From positions 24,967 through 88,966 of the forward strand of contig CAZCOH010000001.1 of the NCBI GenBank assembly GCA_964500645.1: a DNA stretch of 64,000 bases, given 5' to 3'. Positions 20,974 to 30,231 of this stretch are shown here, in pieces (position 1 is the first letter of the stretch; the number at the start of each line of letters is the position of its first letter). This DNA is from an uncultured Dehalococcoidia bacterium. Its GTDB lineage: Bacteria > Chloroflexota > Dehalococcoidia > Lucifugimonadales > UBA826. Under the pieces are notes generated by a model. It saw only the letters and a list, made by a program, of their open reading frames with translations. It ran no database searches and was not told where the DNA came from. The position numbers and the translations under genes are program-made.

Positions 20974-21714
20974 TTGAAAAATAACGATCACGGATTAGTT
21001 TGGCTTGGGATTTTCGCACACCCTGACGATGAAACTTCGGCAAGTGCAGGAACCATGGTCAGATGGATAGAAGAAGGTGGCGAAGTTTATATAGTTACTG
21101 CAACCGGAGGAGAAGAAGGAAGCCTCGGTACGGGGGGAGAGATTATAGAGAAAAAGGATCTCGCCAAAGTACGGGAATCAGAACTTAGAAAGAATTTGCT
21201 CCTTTATGGAGCTAACGAACCCTTTCTGCTTAGATACAGGGATCAAGATCTAGATAAGGAAAATGTCACAGACGTGTCAAAAAAATTACTGGACATAATG
21301 CACATTGTTGAACCTGACATAGTAACCACATTTGGCCCAAGCGGAATTTCAAACCACCCCGATCATATCGCGATACATAAAGCAACACTTTTAGCTCATG
21401 AATGGTATGTTGAATCTCAAGATAAATTACAAATCCCCCTCCTGATATATCCCACTCTTCCGATTGAAGTTGCAAAGCAATATGGATTGGAACTAAGTGA
21501 CGATGAAAAGAAAATAGACATAGAAGTGAATATTGAATCCAGTATAGATAAAAAAATACAAGGATTAAGAAACTATAAGAGCCAGCAAGATGCTCAGGAC
21601 TTCGCAGAAAGATTATCTAAAAGCGAAGATAAAAAAGAACACTTTGCTGTCAGTTCAAAAATTAGTTCACTATGGAGAGATTCATCTCTAGCATCTCACT
21701 TACTTTCCCTGTAG
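20974..21714 (+). CDS. PIG-L/LmbE family deacetylase
   Basis: 246 aa. ...IFAHPDDETSASAGT... and ...HPDHIAIH... zinc-binding motifs. Confidence 0.85.
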   Translation: MKNNDHGLVWLGIFAHPDDETSASAGTMVRWIEEGGEVYIVTATGGEEGSLGTGGEIIEKKDLAKVRESELRKNLLLYGANEPFLLRYRDQDLDKENVTDVSKKLLDIMHIVEPDIVTTFGPSGISNHPDHIAIHKATLLAHEWYVESQDKLQIPLLIYPTLPIEVAKQYGLELSDDEKKIDIEVNIESSIDKKIQGLRNYKSQQDAQDFAERLSKSEDKKEHFAVSSKISSLWRDSSLASHLLSL

Positions 21715-22941
21715 AGACATCTCTGAATCAGTTTTACCTGTAAGAAACAGAGAACTTCCTCCAATAGCAAAAAATGCAGCTGTTATAAAGAAAACCGGCC
21801 CGTAACTTTCCGATAAATCATAGCTAAGACCCGCTATTATGGGGCCACTGAAAAGAGATATGGCCGTTCCAATCGAAATAACTCCCATGATTGCACCAAA
21901 ATGTTTCACACCAAAGGACTCCATTACCAACAATTGAGTCAAAGCACCAAAAGCACCAAGAAAAAAACCCATGAACGGCACAACCAACCACAAGGGAATT
22001 GAGGTGCCCGCAAATACCAATAAGCACGCAAATACGGATTGCCCATATAGATCAAAGATCATAGCCGGTCTAGGACCGAATTTATCAGACATAATGCCAA
22101 ATATAAATTTACCTAACATTCCACATGCCGCAAATAAACTAACAGCGAGAGCTGTAGTAGATTCATCGATTCCGTTATCAATTAAATGCGAAGAAACCTG
22201 TGGTAGCAAAGCACTGTATGTGAATGTTCCACACATAAATGCGACAATAATTACATAGAATTTCCTCATACGAAAAGCCTGACTCAATGTAGATCCAACG
22301 ACCTCCAATTCTTGGGTGACACCATTTTCAGCTAATGATGCAATAGGATCTCTGACCATCAAAAATGAATAAATAGAAACGAGAATCGCAAATATTCCTA
22401 TTGCTGCATATCCCATCTGCCAACTATAGGCTGAAATTATTAAGGCGATTGCAGGCTGCACTGCTATACCTCCAAAATTATTTCCCATAGCAGCAATGCC
22501 AAGAATTTTTCCCCTGTTTTTAGGAAACCAAAGCCCAATTAATTTCCCGGTCGGGAGTATATTGGCTCCAGCTATCGTGAATGACTGCATTATTCCCAAA
22601 ACATACCAATGGGAGATGTGAGTCATAAACGGTCTTGCCAAGTAACTGATGGCAAACATAATGAGGCAAAAAGTCATGATAGGCCTGGCACCATGACGGT
22701 CAATTAGCGAACCGATTAAAGGAGAAATAAACGAGCCTAAAGCAACCAAAGACAGGGACAACCCAATCTCTGTCCTACTCCATCCAAACGTTTCCTGAAG
22801 CGGCTCAACGAAATGCCCAAACGAATATTGTGAACCTCCGACCGTTACGGCTGAAGCTAGAAAACAAGCTACTAAAATACCCCATTTTCTATAAGAAGCC
22901 TTACTATTCACATTCGAACAAGACACGCCCGATTCATGCAT
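21700..22941 (-). CDS. MFS transporter
   Basis: 413 aa, 12 helices. Its start overlaps the stop of the upstream amidohydrolase gene (ATGCATGA), which suggests translational coupling. Confidence 0.85.
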   Translation of the reverse strand: MHESGVSCSNVNSKASYRKWGILVACFLASAVTVGGSQYSFGHFVEPLQETFGWSRTEIGLSLSLVALGSFISPLIGSLIDRHGARPIMTFCLIMFAISYLARPFMTHISHWYVLGIMQSFTIAGANILPTGKLIGLWFPKNRGKILGIAAMGNNFGGIAVQPAIALIISAYSWQMGYAAIGIFAILVSIYSFLMVRDPIASLAENGVTQELEVVGSTLSQAFRMRKFYVIIVAFMCGTFTYSALLPQVSSHLIDNGIDESTTALAVSLFAACGMLGKFIFGIMSDKFGPRPAMIFDLYGQSVFACLLVFAGTSIPLWLVVPFMGFFLGAFGALTQLLVMESFGVKHFGAIMGVISIGTAISLFSGPIIAGLSYDLSESYGPVFFITAAFFAIGGSSLFLTGKTDSEMSLQGK

Positions 22942-23770
22942 AGAAATTTATTACTTTTAGCGCAGTCTTTCCCATCACCCACTCAATCTCATCAGATTTG
23001 TCAAACGCTGGGTATTCCTTCACACCCATTAATGCATTCCTATATCCTTCCCTTCCACTCACCGGAGGATAGTCACTGCCCCACATCATATGGTCTACGC
23101 CAAAAGCGTCCTTAGCTATATCAATCAATGGGGGTAATTCTCCATAAAATCCTGTAATGTAATTTTTATTGAGCACATTCGGTCTGTTAATAATCTCACC
23201 TAATCCATGTACTTTAATGTACACATTTGGGAATTTCGATAATTCCATAGCCTTATTAAATTGTAAATAAGGTTTCTCAGGACCTTTCCCGTTTCTAGGA
23301 AATGATGCCCCTTCACCTCCTCCTGCCAAATGTTCTAGGATGATTGGTAATTCAGGCAATTGTTCCACAACATCAGTGAATTGATCAGAAGCAAATCCCT
23401 CAACCGTTCCCATAGCACTGACAAACATCCCTAAGTCATTAGCTTGTCTCCATATTGCAAGAGAATCAGGGCCCGGTGACCTCGTATCCGGATTAAGTCG
23501 TATGCCAACTGCACCCCTTTCCCTATATCTTTCAAGGTCCCGGAGGGAATTAATGTTCTTAGCATCCAATATTACGACGATCGCGAATTTTCCCGGGTAT
23601 TTATCAAGACATTGAAATAGATACTCGTGATCGTAATGACCAAATTCAGGTCTCCCATGTTGTATCAGGACAGCCTTATCAACCCCATTAAGTTCCATCT
23701 GGCAGACCAACATTTCTATAGGCTCAAACCAATTGGGACCGGCATGTGTGTGAGTATCAATAGTAATCAT
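22934..23770 (-). CDS. Amidohydrolase-2 family protein (metal-dependent lactonase/decarboxylase-like)
   Basis: 278 aa. MITIDTHTH metal motif, ...LEHLAGGG..., ...MWGSDYP... Confidence 0.85.
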   Translation of the reverse strand: MITIDTHTHAGPNWFEPIEMLVCQMELNGVDKAVLIQHGRPEFGHYDHEYLFQCLDKYPGKFAIVVILDAKNINSLRDLERYRERGAVGIRLNPDTRSPGPDSLAIWRQANDLGMFVSAMGTVEGFASDQFTDVVEQLPELPIILEHLAGGGEGASFPRNGKGPEKPYLQFNKAMELSKFPNVYIKVHGLGEIINRPNVLNKNYITGFYGELPPLIDIAKDAFGVDHMMWGSDYPPVSGREGYRNALMGVKEYPAFDKSDEIEWVMGKTALKVINFYA

Positions 23771-23894
23771 TAACCTACCTCATTGGTTTTATTGTGAAAC
23801 ACAAATATTTATGTACAGGTGATATATTTGGAAAAGTCCTACAAGTATGGAGAATATTATTAAAGTCAGGCTATTTTTAAAATAGGAGTCACCC

Positions 23895-24860
23895 ATGCCT
23901 AAGTTTGTTTTCATGCCACCTCAAGACGATCTTAAAAAACAGTTTGCAGCTCGCCTGTCAGACACCCTTCCAGAATATGAAGTTGAAACACCCGAAACGG
24001 ATGAAGAGGCAATGGAAGCTATAAAGGATGCAGACGGGGCAATGGGATGGATACCTCCTGAAGCTCTTAAGTTAGCCAGTAAAATCGAATGGCTGCACAA
24101 TCCCGATGCTGGTCCATTCTTTGGATACTACTACAAAGAACTCTGTAATCATCCTCTAACGATTACAAATCCCCGAGGCATTTATTGGGATCATATATCA
24201 CATCACATCATGATGTTTGTTCTTGCTCTTTCGAGAGGGCTTCCATGGTTTGAAAATGCCCGCCGAGAAAAAATATGGGGGAAAAATGCAAGAAAAACTC
24301 CCTATATATATCTAGGAGATGCCACAGCTTTGATCAATGGTGTGGGTGGTATTGGTCACGAAACTGCACGGCTCTGCCAGGAATTGGGAATGAGGGTCAT
24401 AGGGATTGATCCAAGACCTGAATACGAAGTACCTGGTGTAGAAATGTTCAAACCAGAAGAACTGGATTCCCAACTCCCAAATGCAGACTTTGTAATATCC
24501 ACGGTCCCGCACACACCTGAAACTGAATTAATGTTCAATGCGAATAGATTCAAGTTGATGAAGAATAGTGCATATTTCATCAACGTTGGTAGAGGAATGG
24601 CATGTTCTATTAATGATCTCGCAAACGCAATCGAATCTGGCGACATAGCCGGATGCGGATTAGACGTGTACGAAATAGAGCCACTTCCGACTGATCACAA
24701 ACTATGGGATCTAGACAATGTACTTATGACCCCACATGTGGCCGTAGCCGATGCGGAAAACCTGTCAGAAAGACGTTTCCAAATATTGCTGGATAATGCT
24801 AAAAAATTTCTGGATAACGAACAATTAGACAACATTGTAGATAAGGAAAACTGGTACTGA
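23895..24860 (+). CDS. D-isomer-specific 2-hydroxyacid dehydrogenase
   Basis: 321 aa. NGVGGIGHETARL NAD motif, ...VGRG..., ...GCGLDV..EP..., ...TPHVA... Confidence 0.88.
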   Translation: MPKFVFMPPQDDLKKQFAARLSDTLPEYEVETPETDEEAMEAIKDADGAMGWIPPEALKLASKIEWLHNPDAGPFFGYYYKELCNHPLTITNPRGIYWDHISHHIMMFVLALSRGLPWFENARREKIWGKNARKTPYIYLGDATALINGVGGIGHETARLCQELGMRVIGIDPRPEYEVPGVEMFKPEELDSQLPNADFVISTVPHTPETELMFNANRFKLMKNSAYFINVGRGMACSINDLANAIESGDIAGCGLDVYEIEPLPTDHKLWDLDNVLMTPHVAVADAENLSERRFQILLDNAKKFLDNEQLDNIVDKENWY

Positions 24861-24913
24861 CTACCAAAACTTATGCACATTGGTTAAATCTGATTTCATA
24901 AACTGGAGAATCC

Positions 24914-25672
24914 ATGGCCGACTTAAGAGAAAATAAAGTTAAACAACGACTTGCTGAAGGAAAAGTTGTCGCGGTTCCAATGGGACCAATGAGCCCTGAA
25001 TTGGTCGAACATTTTGGCCCCCTTGGTTTTGATGGTCTATGGTTCGAGGGCGAACATGGGCCGGTAGACTTTGATAATGTATCTGACCTGACAAGAGCAT
25101 GTGACCTATGGGGTATGACTTCGATCGTTAGAGTTTACCAAAACGAGCCCGCCACTATTTACAGAACTCTCGATCTTGGTGCGCTAGGAATATGTGTTCC
25201 ACATATAAATTCGAAGTCGGAAGCAGAAAATGTAGTAAATGCGACAAAATTTGCCCCCATAGGAATGAGAGGCTCTTTCACAAGCAGACAGGGAATAGGT
25301 GTAGAAAATTACCTTTCCAAAGCAAATAACCAAACCATGTCTATCATCCTTATAGAAGACATAATCGCAGTAAATAATATTGAAGAAATTCTGGAAGTCA
25401 ATAATATCGACGTATTCTATGTTGCCCCTGGAGATCTTGCTCAATCTATGGGATTTTTAGGAGGAGCAGGATCAGACGAAGTAAATAAAGTCGTAGATAC
25501 TACGATCAAAAAGATTGTAGAAGCCGGAAAAACAGCAGGCACGTTGGGAACTTATCAAAACATGAACCATTACGTAAATACCGGGGTCCGTTTCTTTTCA
25601 TTTAGTTGGTTACCATGGCTATCCGATGGTGCTTCAAAAATATTGGAAACAATACATTCATCAGATGCCTAA
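24914..25672 (+). CDS. HpcH/HpaI family aldolase, paralog 2
   Basis: 252 aa. Collinear with the ORF at 63147 (LRENKVKQRLAEGK / LRQNRAKRKLANGE; FAPIGMRG in both; APGDLAQSMG / VPGDLSQSMG). Confidence 0.88.
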   Translation: MADLRENKVKQRLAEGKVVAVPMGPMSPELVEHFGPLGFDGLWFEGEHGPVDFDNVSDLTRACDLWGMTSIVRVYQNEPATIYRTLDLGALGICVPHINSKSEAENVVNATKFAPIGMRGSFTSRQGIGVENYLSKANNQTMSIILIEDIIAVNNIEEILEVNNIDVFYVAPGDLAQSMGFLGGAGSDEVNKVVDTTIKKIVEAGKTAGTLGTYQNMNHYVNTGVRFFSFSWLPWLSDGASKILETIHSSDA

Positions 25673-25831
25673 AACTTCACAACCTAATTCATAGATTATG
25701 ACCCAAATAAAAGAATTAGTTACCCCTATAAACATTTAAGGTAGCTATGAATTCAATAAATCAATAGAATTTACTCAAAGTCGTGACTTACACATAACAA
25801 TAATGGCAAATAAAAATTTACGAGGAGAAAC

Positions 25832-26152
25832 ATGTACAGAATAAGAAGAGTCTATAGAACGAAACCAGGAGAAGCTGGCAATGTTGCAAAACTTGTGTAC
25901 GCTCAAGCAAAAATATACCGAGATTCGGGACACAGAAGTGACTTTACCGTTTCTTACAATGGGTACACATTACCCGGCGAGCAAAATATCGTCATACTCG
26001 AATGGACAGACGACAAAATAATGTCACCAGGTAGACAAGGAAACAACATTCCCAAAGAGGCAATGGAGGCAGGAGCGAAATACAGACCATTACTGGAGAG
26101 TCAACACATAGAATTTTACGAAATGGTCGATTCGGAGAGTATGGGAGACTAA
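25832..26152 (+). CDS. Hypothetical protein
   Basis: 106 aa, preceded by a good SD (GAGGAG). No family recognised. Confidence 0.5.
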   Translation: MYRIRRVYRTKPGEAGNVAKLVYAQAKIYRDSGHRSDFTVSYNGYTLPGEQNIVILEWTDDKIMSPGRQGNNIPKEAMEAGAKYRPLLESQHIEFYEMVDSESMGD

Positions 26153-26165
26153 AAAAACCGTAACT

Positions 26166-26558
26166 GTGAACGAAAAAACAAAACTGAAGTTAAATTTACT
26201 GGGACCTGACTTTGTGTTGGCCCCAGATGGTTCTGAAATTAGGCCTCTTCAAGAAACAAACCGCGGCGGACTTAGCGAATGTACTCTCCCGGTTGATGGC
26301 ATCTCATCCGCTGTGTGTCATAGAACTGTAGAAGAAATCTGGTTATTTACTCAAGGTTCAGGACAGGTCTGGCGAAATTTAAAAAATACTGAACAAATTG
26401 ACGACGTTTTGCCTGGAACTTCATTATTAATACCACTAGGCACACATTTTCAGTTTAGAAATACAGGAAAAACGCCCTTAAAATTCATAATTTCCACTAT
26501 GCCTGCATGGCCAGGACCTACTGAGGCCTATCCAGTGCCTGGCAAATGGCCTAAATAA
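26166..26558 (+). CDS. Cupin domain protein
   Basis: 130 aa. ...HRTVEEIWLFTQGSGQV... and ...PLGTHFQFRNTG... are cupin motifs 1 and 2. GTG start. Confidence 0.7.
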   Translation: MNEKTKLKLNLLGPDFVLAPDGSEIRPLQETNRGGLSECTLPVDGISSAVCHRTVEEIWLFTQGSGQVWRNLKNTEQIDDVLPGTSLLIPLGTHFQFRNTGKTPLKFIISTMPAWPGPTEAYPVPGKWPK

Positions 26559-26590
26559 CAACGTTTAGTATTTAAAAGGTAAAGGAATTG

Positions 26591-27493
26591 ATGAAAGAAT
26601 TTGAAATAATAGAAGAATCTTTTAACGAAATACTTTTAAAGGATTCCCACGTAGAACACATAGCGACAGGATTCGGATTTGTTGAAGGTCCGGTATGGAA
26701 AAATGAGAGATTACTTTTCTCTGACATACCTAACAGCAGGATTACATCTTTATCCGTTTCAGAAGAGGGAACTAGTATTTCAACATTTCGGTATCCGAGT
26801 GGCAACTCAAATGGTTTAACCCTGGATATGGAAGGACATCTCATAGCATGCGAGCACTCCAATCGCAGGGTTTCAAAAACTAACTCCGCAGGAGACATCA
26901 CACCATTAGCTACCCGATATCGAGGGAAGCGTCTTAACAGCCCAAACGACGCAGTCGTAAAGTCTGACGGATGGGTTTATTTCACGGATCCTCCATACGG
27001 TCTAGCAGGAAGAAGTCAAGGTAAAGAATTAAATTTCAATGGAGTCTACCGGGTCAACCTCGATGGATCCGAGATAGAACTTCTTATATCAGATATGGAA
27101 GGCCCTAATGGAATAGCATTTTCACCCGATGAAAGCCAACTATATGTAGCTGACTCATTAAAAAAGTTCATAAACGTCTACGACTTAGATAAAGAAGGTT
27201 ACATAACTAACCAACGACAATTCTTCGATATGGACACTGGAGAAGAGGGAGTTCCAGACGGAATTAAAATAGATACGGACGGTCGACTGTACTCATCTGG
27301 CCCAGGAGGAATATGGGTTTTTGAACCTTCCTCAGAAAACAAAACAGGGAAATTAATCGGCAAGATCTTGTTTCCAGAAATTCCGGCTAACTGTGGCTGG
27401 GGTGAGGATGGATCAACCCTATTTGTAACCGCCCGAACAGGAGTCTATAAAATCAGGCTATCAAGCAAAGGAACTTCAGTAGGGCCAAAATAA
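26591..27493 (+). CDS. SMP-30/gluconolactonase/LRE family protein
   Basis: About 300 aa. ...EGPVW..., ...SNGLTLD..., ...NSPNDAVV..., ...PNGIAFSPD..., ...PDGIKID... beta-propeller repeats. Confidence 0.88.
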   Translation: MKEFEIIEESFNEILLKDSHVEHIATGFGFVEGPVWKNERLLFSDIPNSRITSLSVSEEGTSISTFRYPSGNSNGLTLDMEGHLIACEHSNRRVSKTNSAGDITPLATRYRGKRLNSPNDAVVKSDGWVYFTDPPYGLAGRSQGKELNFNGVYRVNLDGSEIELLISDMEGPNGIAFSPDESQLYVADSLKKFINVYDLDKEGYITNQRQFFDMDTGEEGVPDGIKIDTDGRLYSSGPGGIWVFEPSSENKTGKLIGKILFPEIPANCGWGEDGSTLFVTARTGVYKIRLSSKGTSVGPK

Positions 27494-27532
27494 TTATCAA
27501 ATCTTGAAGCCCGTTAAAGGAATAGAAAACAT

Positions 27533-28915
27533 ATGTCGAACTTTGATATAGCAATTTCAGGCGGGCGAATTATAGACCCAGATTCCGGATTAGATTCAAT
27601 AACCAACATTGGAATCAAAAAAGGGATAATTGCTGAAATCAGTAATGCAACGCTGGACGCCGAGGAGACGATTGACGCAACCGGAAAAGTAGTATCCCCT
27701 GGTTTCATAGATCTTCACTGCCATCCACAGGATTACGAGATTTTTGAAGTCCAAGCCAGAGACGGAGTAACAACAACACTCGAACTCGAGGTGGGGACAG
27801 ATGATATAGATTCGTTCTACAAAAAATGGGAGGGTAAATCTCCCATAAATTACGGAGCCAGTATCGGACATATCCCATCCAGGATGAAAGTAATGAACGA
27901 TCCTGGGGTTTTTGTACCATCAGGAGACGCGGCAAGACGTGAGGCTACCGAAGACGAAATAGAAGGAATGAAAACTCTCATTAGACTTGGTCTTGAAAAG
28001 GGAGCCTTGGCAGTTGGATTTGGAATCGACTACACCCGGGCAGCCAGCAGATGGGAAATCATTGAAATGTTTAAGGTGGCTGCTGAATATTCTGCCTCTT
28101 GCCATGTTCATTTACGAGGTAAAGGCCACAAAGAACCCTCCAGTTCCATAGAGGCGCTTGAGGAAGTAATCGCTGCCACTGCAATTACAGGGGCACCTTT
28201 ACACGTAGTACACATAAACAGCACTGGGCTGAAAGCAGTACCAAAACTTCTAAACATGATAGAGGGAGCAAGATCCCAGGGATTAGACGTTACTACGGAG
28301 TGTTACCCATATTCTGCAGGAATGACCAAAATCGAATCGTCAGTCTTTGACGAAGGCTGGGAAGATCACTATGGCATTACGGTGAACGATCTAATGTGGC
28401 CTGAAACTGGCGAATATCTTACCCCGGAAACATTCGCTGAACATAGAGAAACGGGCGGCTGGGTAATCGCTTTCTCTATACCTGAAGACGCATTAAATGC
28501 AGCGGTAGTAAGTCCTTTAACTATGATCGCTACAGACAGCATCATTGAGGCCGGTAAAGGACACCCAAGAACAGCAGGATCATACAGCAGAGTTCTTGGA
28601 AGATATGTGAGACAAAGTGGTGACTTAAGCTTAATTGATGCTCTGGCTAAAATGACTATTATGCCGGCACAAAGGTTAGAACAAAGAGCGCCAGCATTCA
28701 AGAAAAAGGGTCGACTCCAAACAGGGTCAGATGCCGATATCACCATCTTCAATCCAAATACGATTCTAGATATGTCGACATACACAGAGCCAATAAAAGC
28801 TCCTATTGGAGTCGAATATGTCTTAGTAGGTGGAATTCCAGTTATCCATAACTCGAAATTTGAGCAGGGCTCCACCCCGGGAAGAGGTCTATTAGCCAGA
28901 AAGGGAGCAATTTAA
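27533..28915 (+). CDS. Amidohydrolase, N-acyl-D-amino-acid deacylase (D-aminoacylase)-like
   Basis: 460 aa. ...ISGGRIIDP..., ...VVSPGFIDLHCH... metal motif, composite beta-sandwich plus TIM-barrel layout. Confidence 0.8.
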   Translation: MSNFDIAISGGRIIDPDSGLDSITNIGIKKGIIAEISNATLDAEETIDATGKVVSPGFIDLHCHPQDYEIFEVQARDGVTTTLELEVGTDDIDSFYKKWEGKSPINYGASIGHIPSRMKVMNDPGVFVPSGDAARREATEDEIEGMKTLIRLGLEKGALAVGFGIDYTRAASRWEIIEMFKVAAEYSASCHVHLRGKGHKEPSSSIEALEEVIAATAITGAPLHVVHINSTGLKAVPKLLNMIEGARSQGLDVTTECYPYSAGMTKIESSVFDEGWEDHYGITVNDLMWPETGEYLTPETFAEHRETGGWVIAFSIPEDALNAAVVSPLTMIATDSIIEAGKGHPRTAGSYSRVLGRYVRQSGDLSLIDALAKMTIMPAQRLEQRAPAFKKKGRLQTGSDADITIFNPNTILDMSTYTEPIKAPIGVEYVLVGGIPVIHNSKFEQGSTPGRGLLARKGAI

Positions 28916-28916
28916 A

Positions 28917-29207
28917 ATGTCAGTTTATTCAATTAGCAGCATTACAGTGAAAGATTGGGACATATATCAAGAATATATGGAGAAAGTACCGGCTGTAATA
29001 GAAAAATACGGTGGAAAATACTTAGTTAGAGGTGGAAATATAATATCTGATGACACGACCTGGAATCCACAAAGGATAGTTATCCTTGAATTTCCATCCG
29101 TCGAAGACATGAAAGCCTTTGTAAGCTCTGAAGATTACAAACCAATAGCTGCCCTCAGGCACAAAGCAGCGGATACAGAATCATTTTCAGTAGAGGGGTT
29201 TGCCTAA
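28917..29207 (+). CDS. DUF1330 domain protein
   Basis: 96 aa. ...YQEYMEKVPAVIEKYGGKYLVRGG..., ...VILEFPSVEDMKAF..S.EY... Start overlaps the upstream stop (TAAAATG). Confidence 0.7.
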   Translation: MSVYSISSITVKDWDIYQEYMEKVPAVIEKYGGKYLVRGGNIISDDTTWNPQRIVILEFPSVEDMKAFVSSEDYKPIAALRHKAADTESFSVEGFA

Positions 29208-29233
29208 TAAAACATTGTTCAGCTATCAAGTAA

Positions 29234-30169
29234 TCATTTAGCAGGACCTTCTATACCAAAGTTTTCGCCGTAATTTCCGAACTTGGTCAGTAAATCTATT
29301 TCTACTGGACCTATTCCAGAGAGCCCGGGGAAACCTAACATCTCTGAAGCAAACCTGCCACCCTGAGCAACCGTAAACATCGCCATAATGTCTGTCACCT
29401 TCAAATCTTCAACATCCACTTTTATCTCCAAAACAATATCTTCCAAATCAAATGGCTCTGAGGTTCCCTCAGCACCCAGCAGGGAAAGTAAAATAGGTAT
29501 CTCGGATTGGCTCGAATGGGTCAGTAATAATTTTCCAGAATTCCCTTTATCTGATAATCGATCATTGGAAACGAATGGAAGGCTGAGAATGTCACCTCCG
29601 GCTGAAACCCAAAAATCAGAAGGAATAAGGCCTATTGATGGATCTGATGAATAAATCCAGTTACCAGACGCAGCATCTTTTACATAGAAATCATCACCTA
29701 TTCGCATGGAATCCATACGTGTATTTATTCCCAGAAAAGATACCTCTAGAAGAGACAGTGCCTTATCGTCCTGAACCTGACCAAATATCTGTATAGGAAT
29801 AGTCAGCGGTATACCACCAGCATCCATTACCGCGACCCCAGATCCCTCATACGAATATGATGATACTGAGGCCATTATTTCCTTAACTTGTTTTAAAATT
29901 TCATCTACGTCAGCCAGGCTTTCTGATTTGGCTAATATCGGAGATTGTGTAGGAGAAGGAATCGGGGTGCTCGTTGGGAGAGGGGTGGGCGTTTTTGTCG
30001 GTATAAGGGTTGGTGTGGGAGTATGAGTAGGTGTAGCAGTAGGATCCCAAGTGGAAAAATATAGAGGTGGTAAATCATCATCCTTTTTAGTGTTTGACCC
30101 AAAATCACAAGACACGAAAACAAATGAAATTACCATAAAAAATATGTAGTAGTGATTTCTATAGCGCAT
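29234..30169 (-). CDS. Putative secreted lipoprotein with a Thr/Pro-rich linker
   Basis: 311 aa. Signal peptide ending FVSC (lipobox-like), then a PT-rich low-complexity tract (about 29941..30043), then a globular domain of unknown family. Confidence 0.65.
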   Translation of the reverse strand: MRYRNHYYIFFMVISFVFVSCDFGSNTKKDDDLPPLYFSTWDPTATPTHTPTPTLIPTKTPTPLPTSTPIPSPTQSPILAKSESLADVDEILKQVKEIMASVSSYSYEGSGVAVMDAGGIPLTIPIQIFGQVQDDKALSLLEVSFLGINTRMDSMRIGDDFYVKDAASGNWIYSSDPSIGLIPSDFWVSAGGDILSLPFVSNDRLSDKGNSGKLLLTHSSQSEIPILLSLLGAEGTSEPFDLEDIVLEIKVDVEDLKVTDIMAMFTVAQGGRFASEMLGFPGLSGIGPVEIDLLTKFGNYGENFGIEGPAK

Positions 30170-30231
30170 TAACTTTTATTGCAGATTTCACTCATATATT
30201 GTGCCGAATTTCTAAGTTTAAATTGTCTTAC

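Noticed and set aside
28369-28875. Long antisense ORFs from the track: 28369..28875, 45461..45955, 46816..47289, 48932..49426, 15184..15603, 7774..8178, 54995..55411, 53179..53529 and 17656..18018.
   Set aside because: Each is fully embedded opposite a gene with strong family motifs (D-aminoacylase-like, sulfatases, the UGSC fusion, SDRs, copA, lexA). All have low-complexity or Ser/Pro/Arg-rich translations typical of shadow frames.
29941-30043. The Thr/Pro-rich tract (and the Ala/Pro-rich tract at about 52536..52647) as tandem DNA repeats or contingency loci.
   Set aside because: They are imperfect low-complexity linkers within lipoprotein genes, located after the signal peptide. I could see no exact nucleotide repeat unit.
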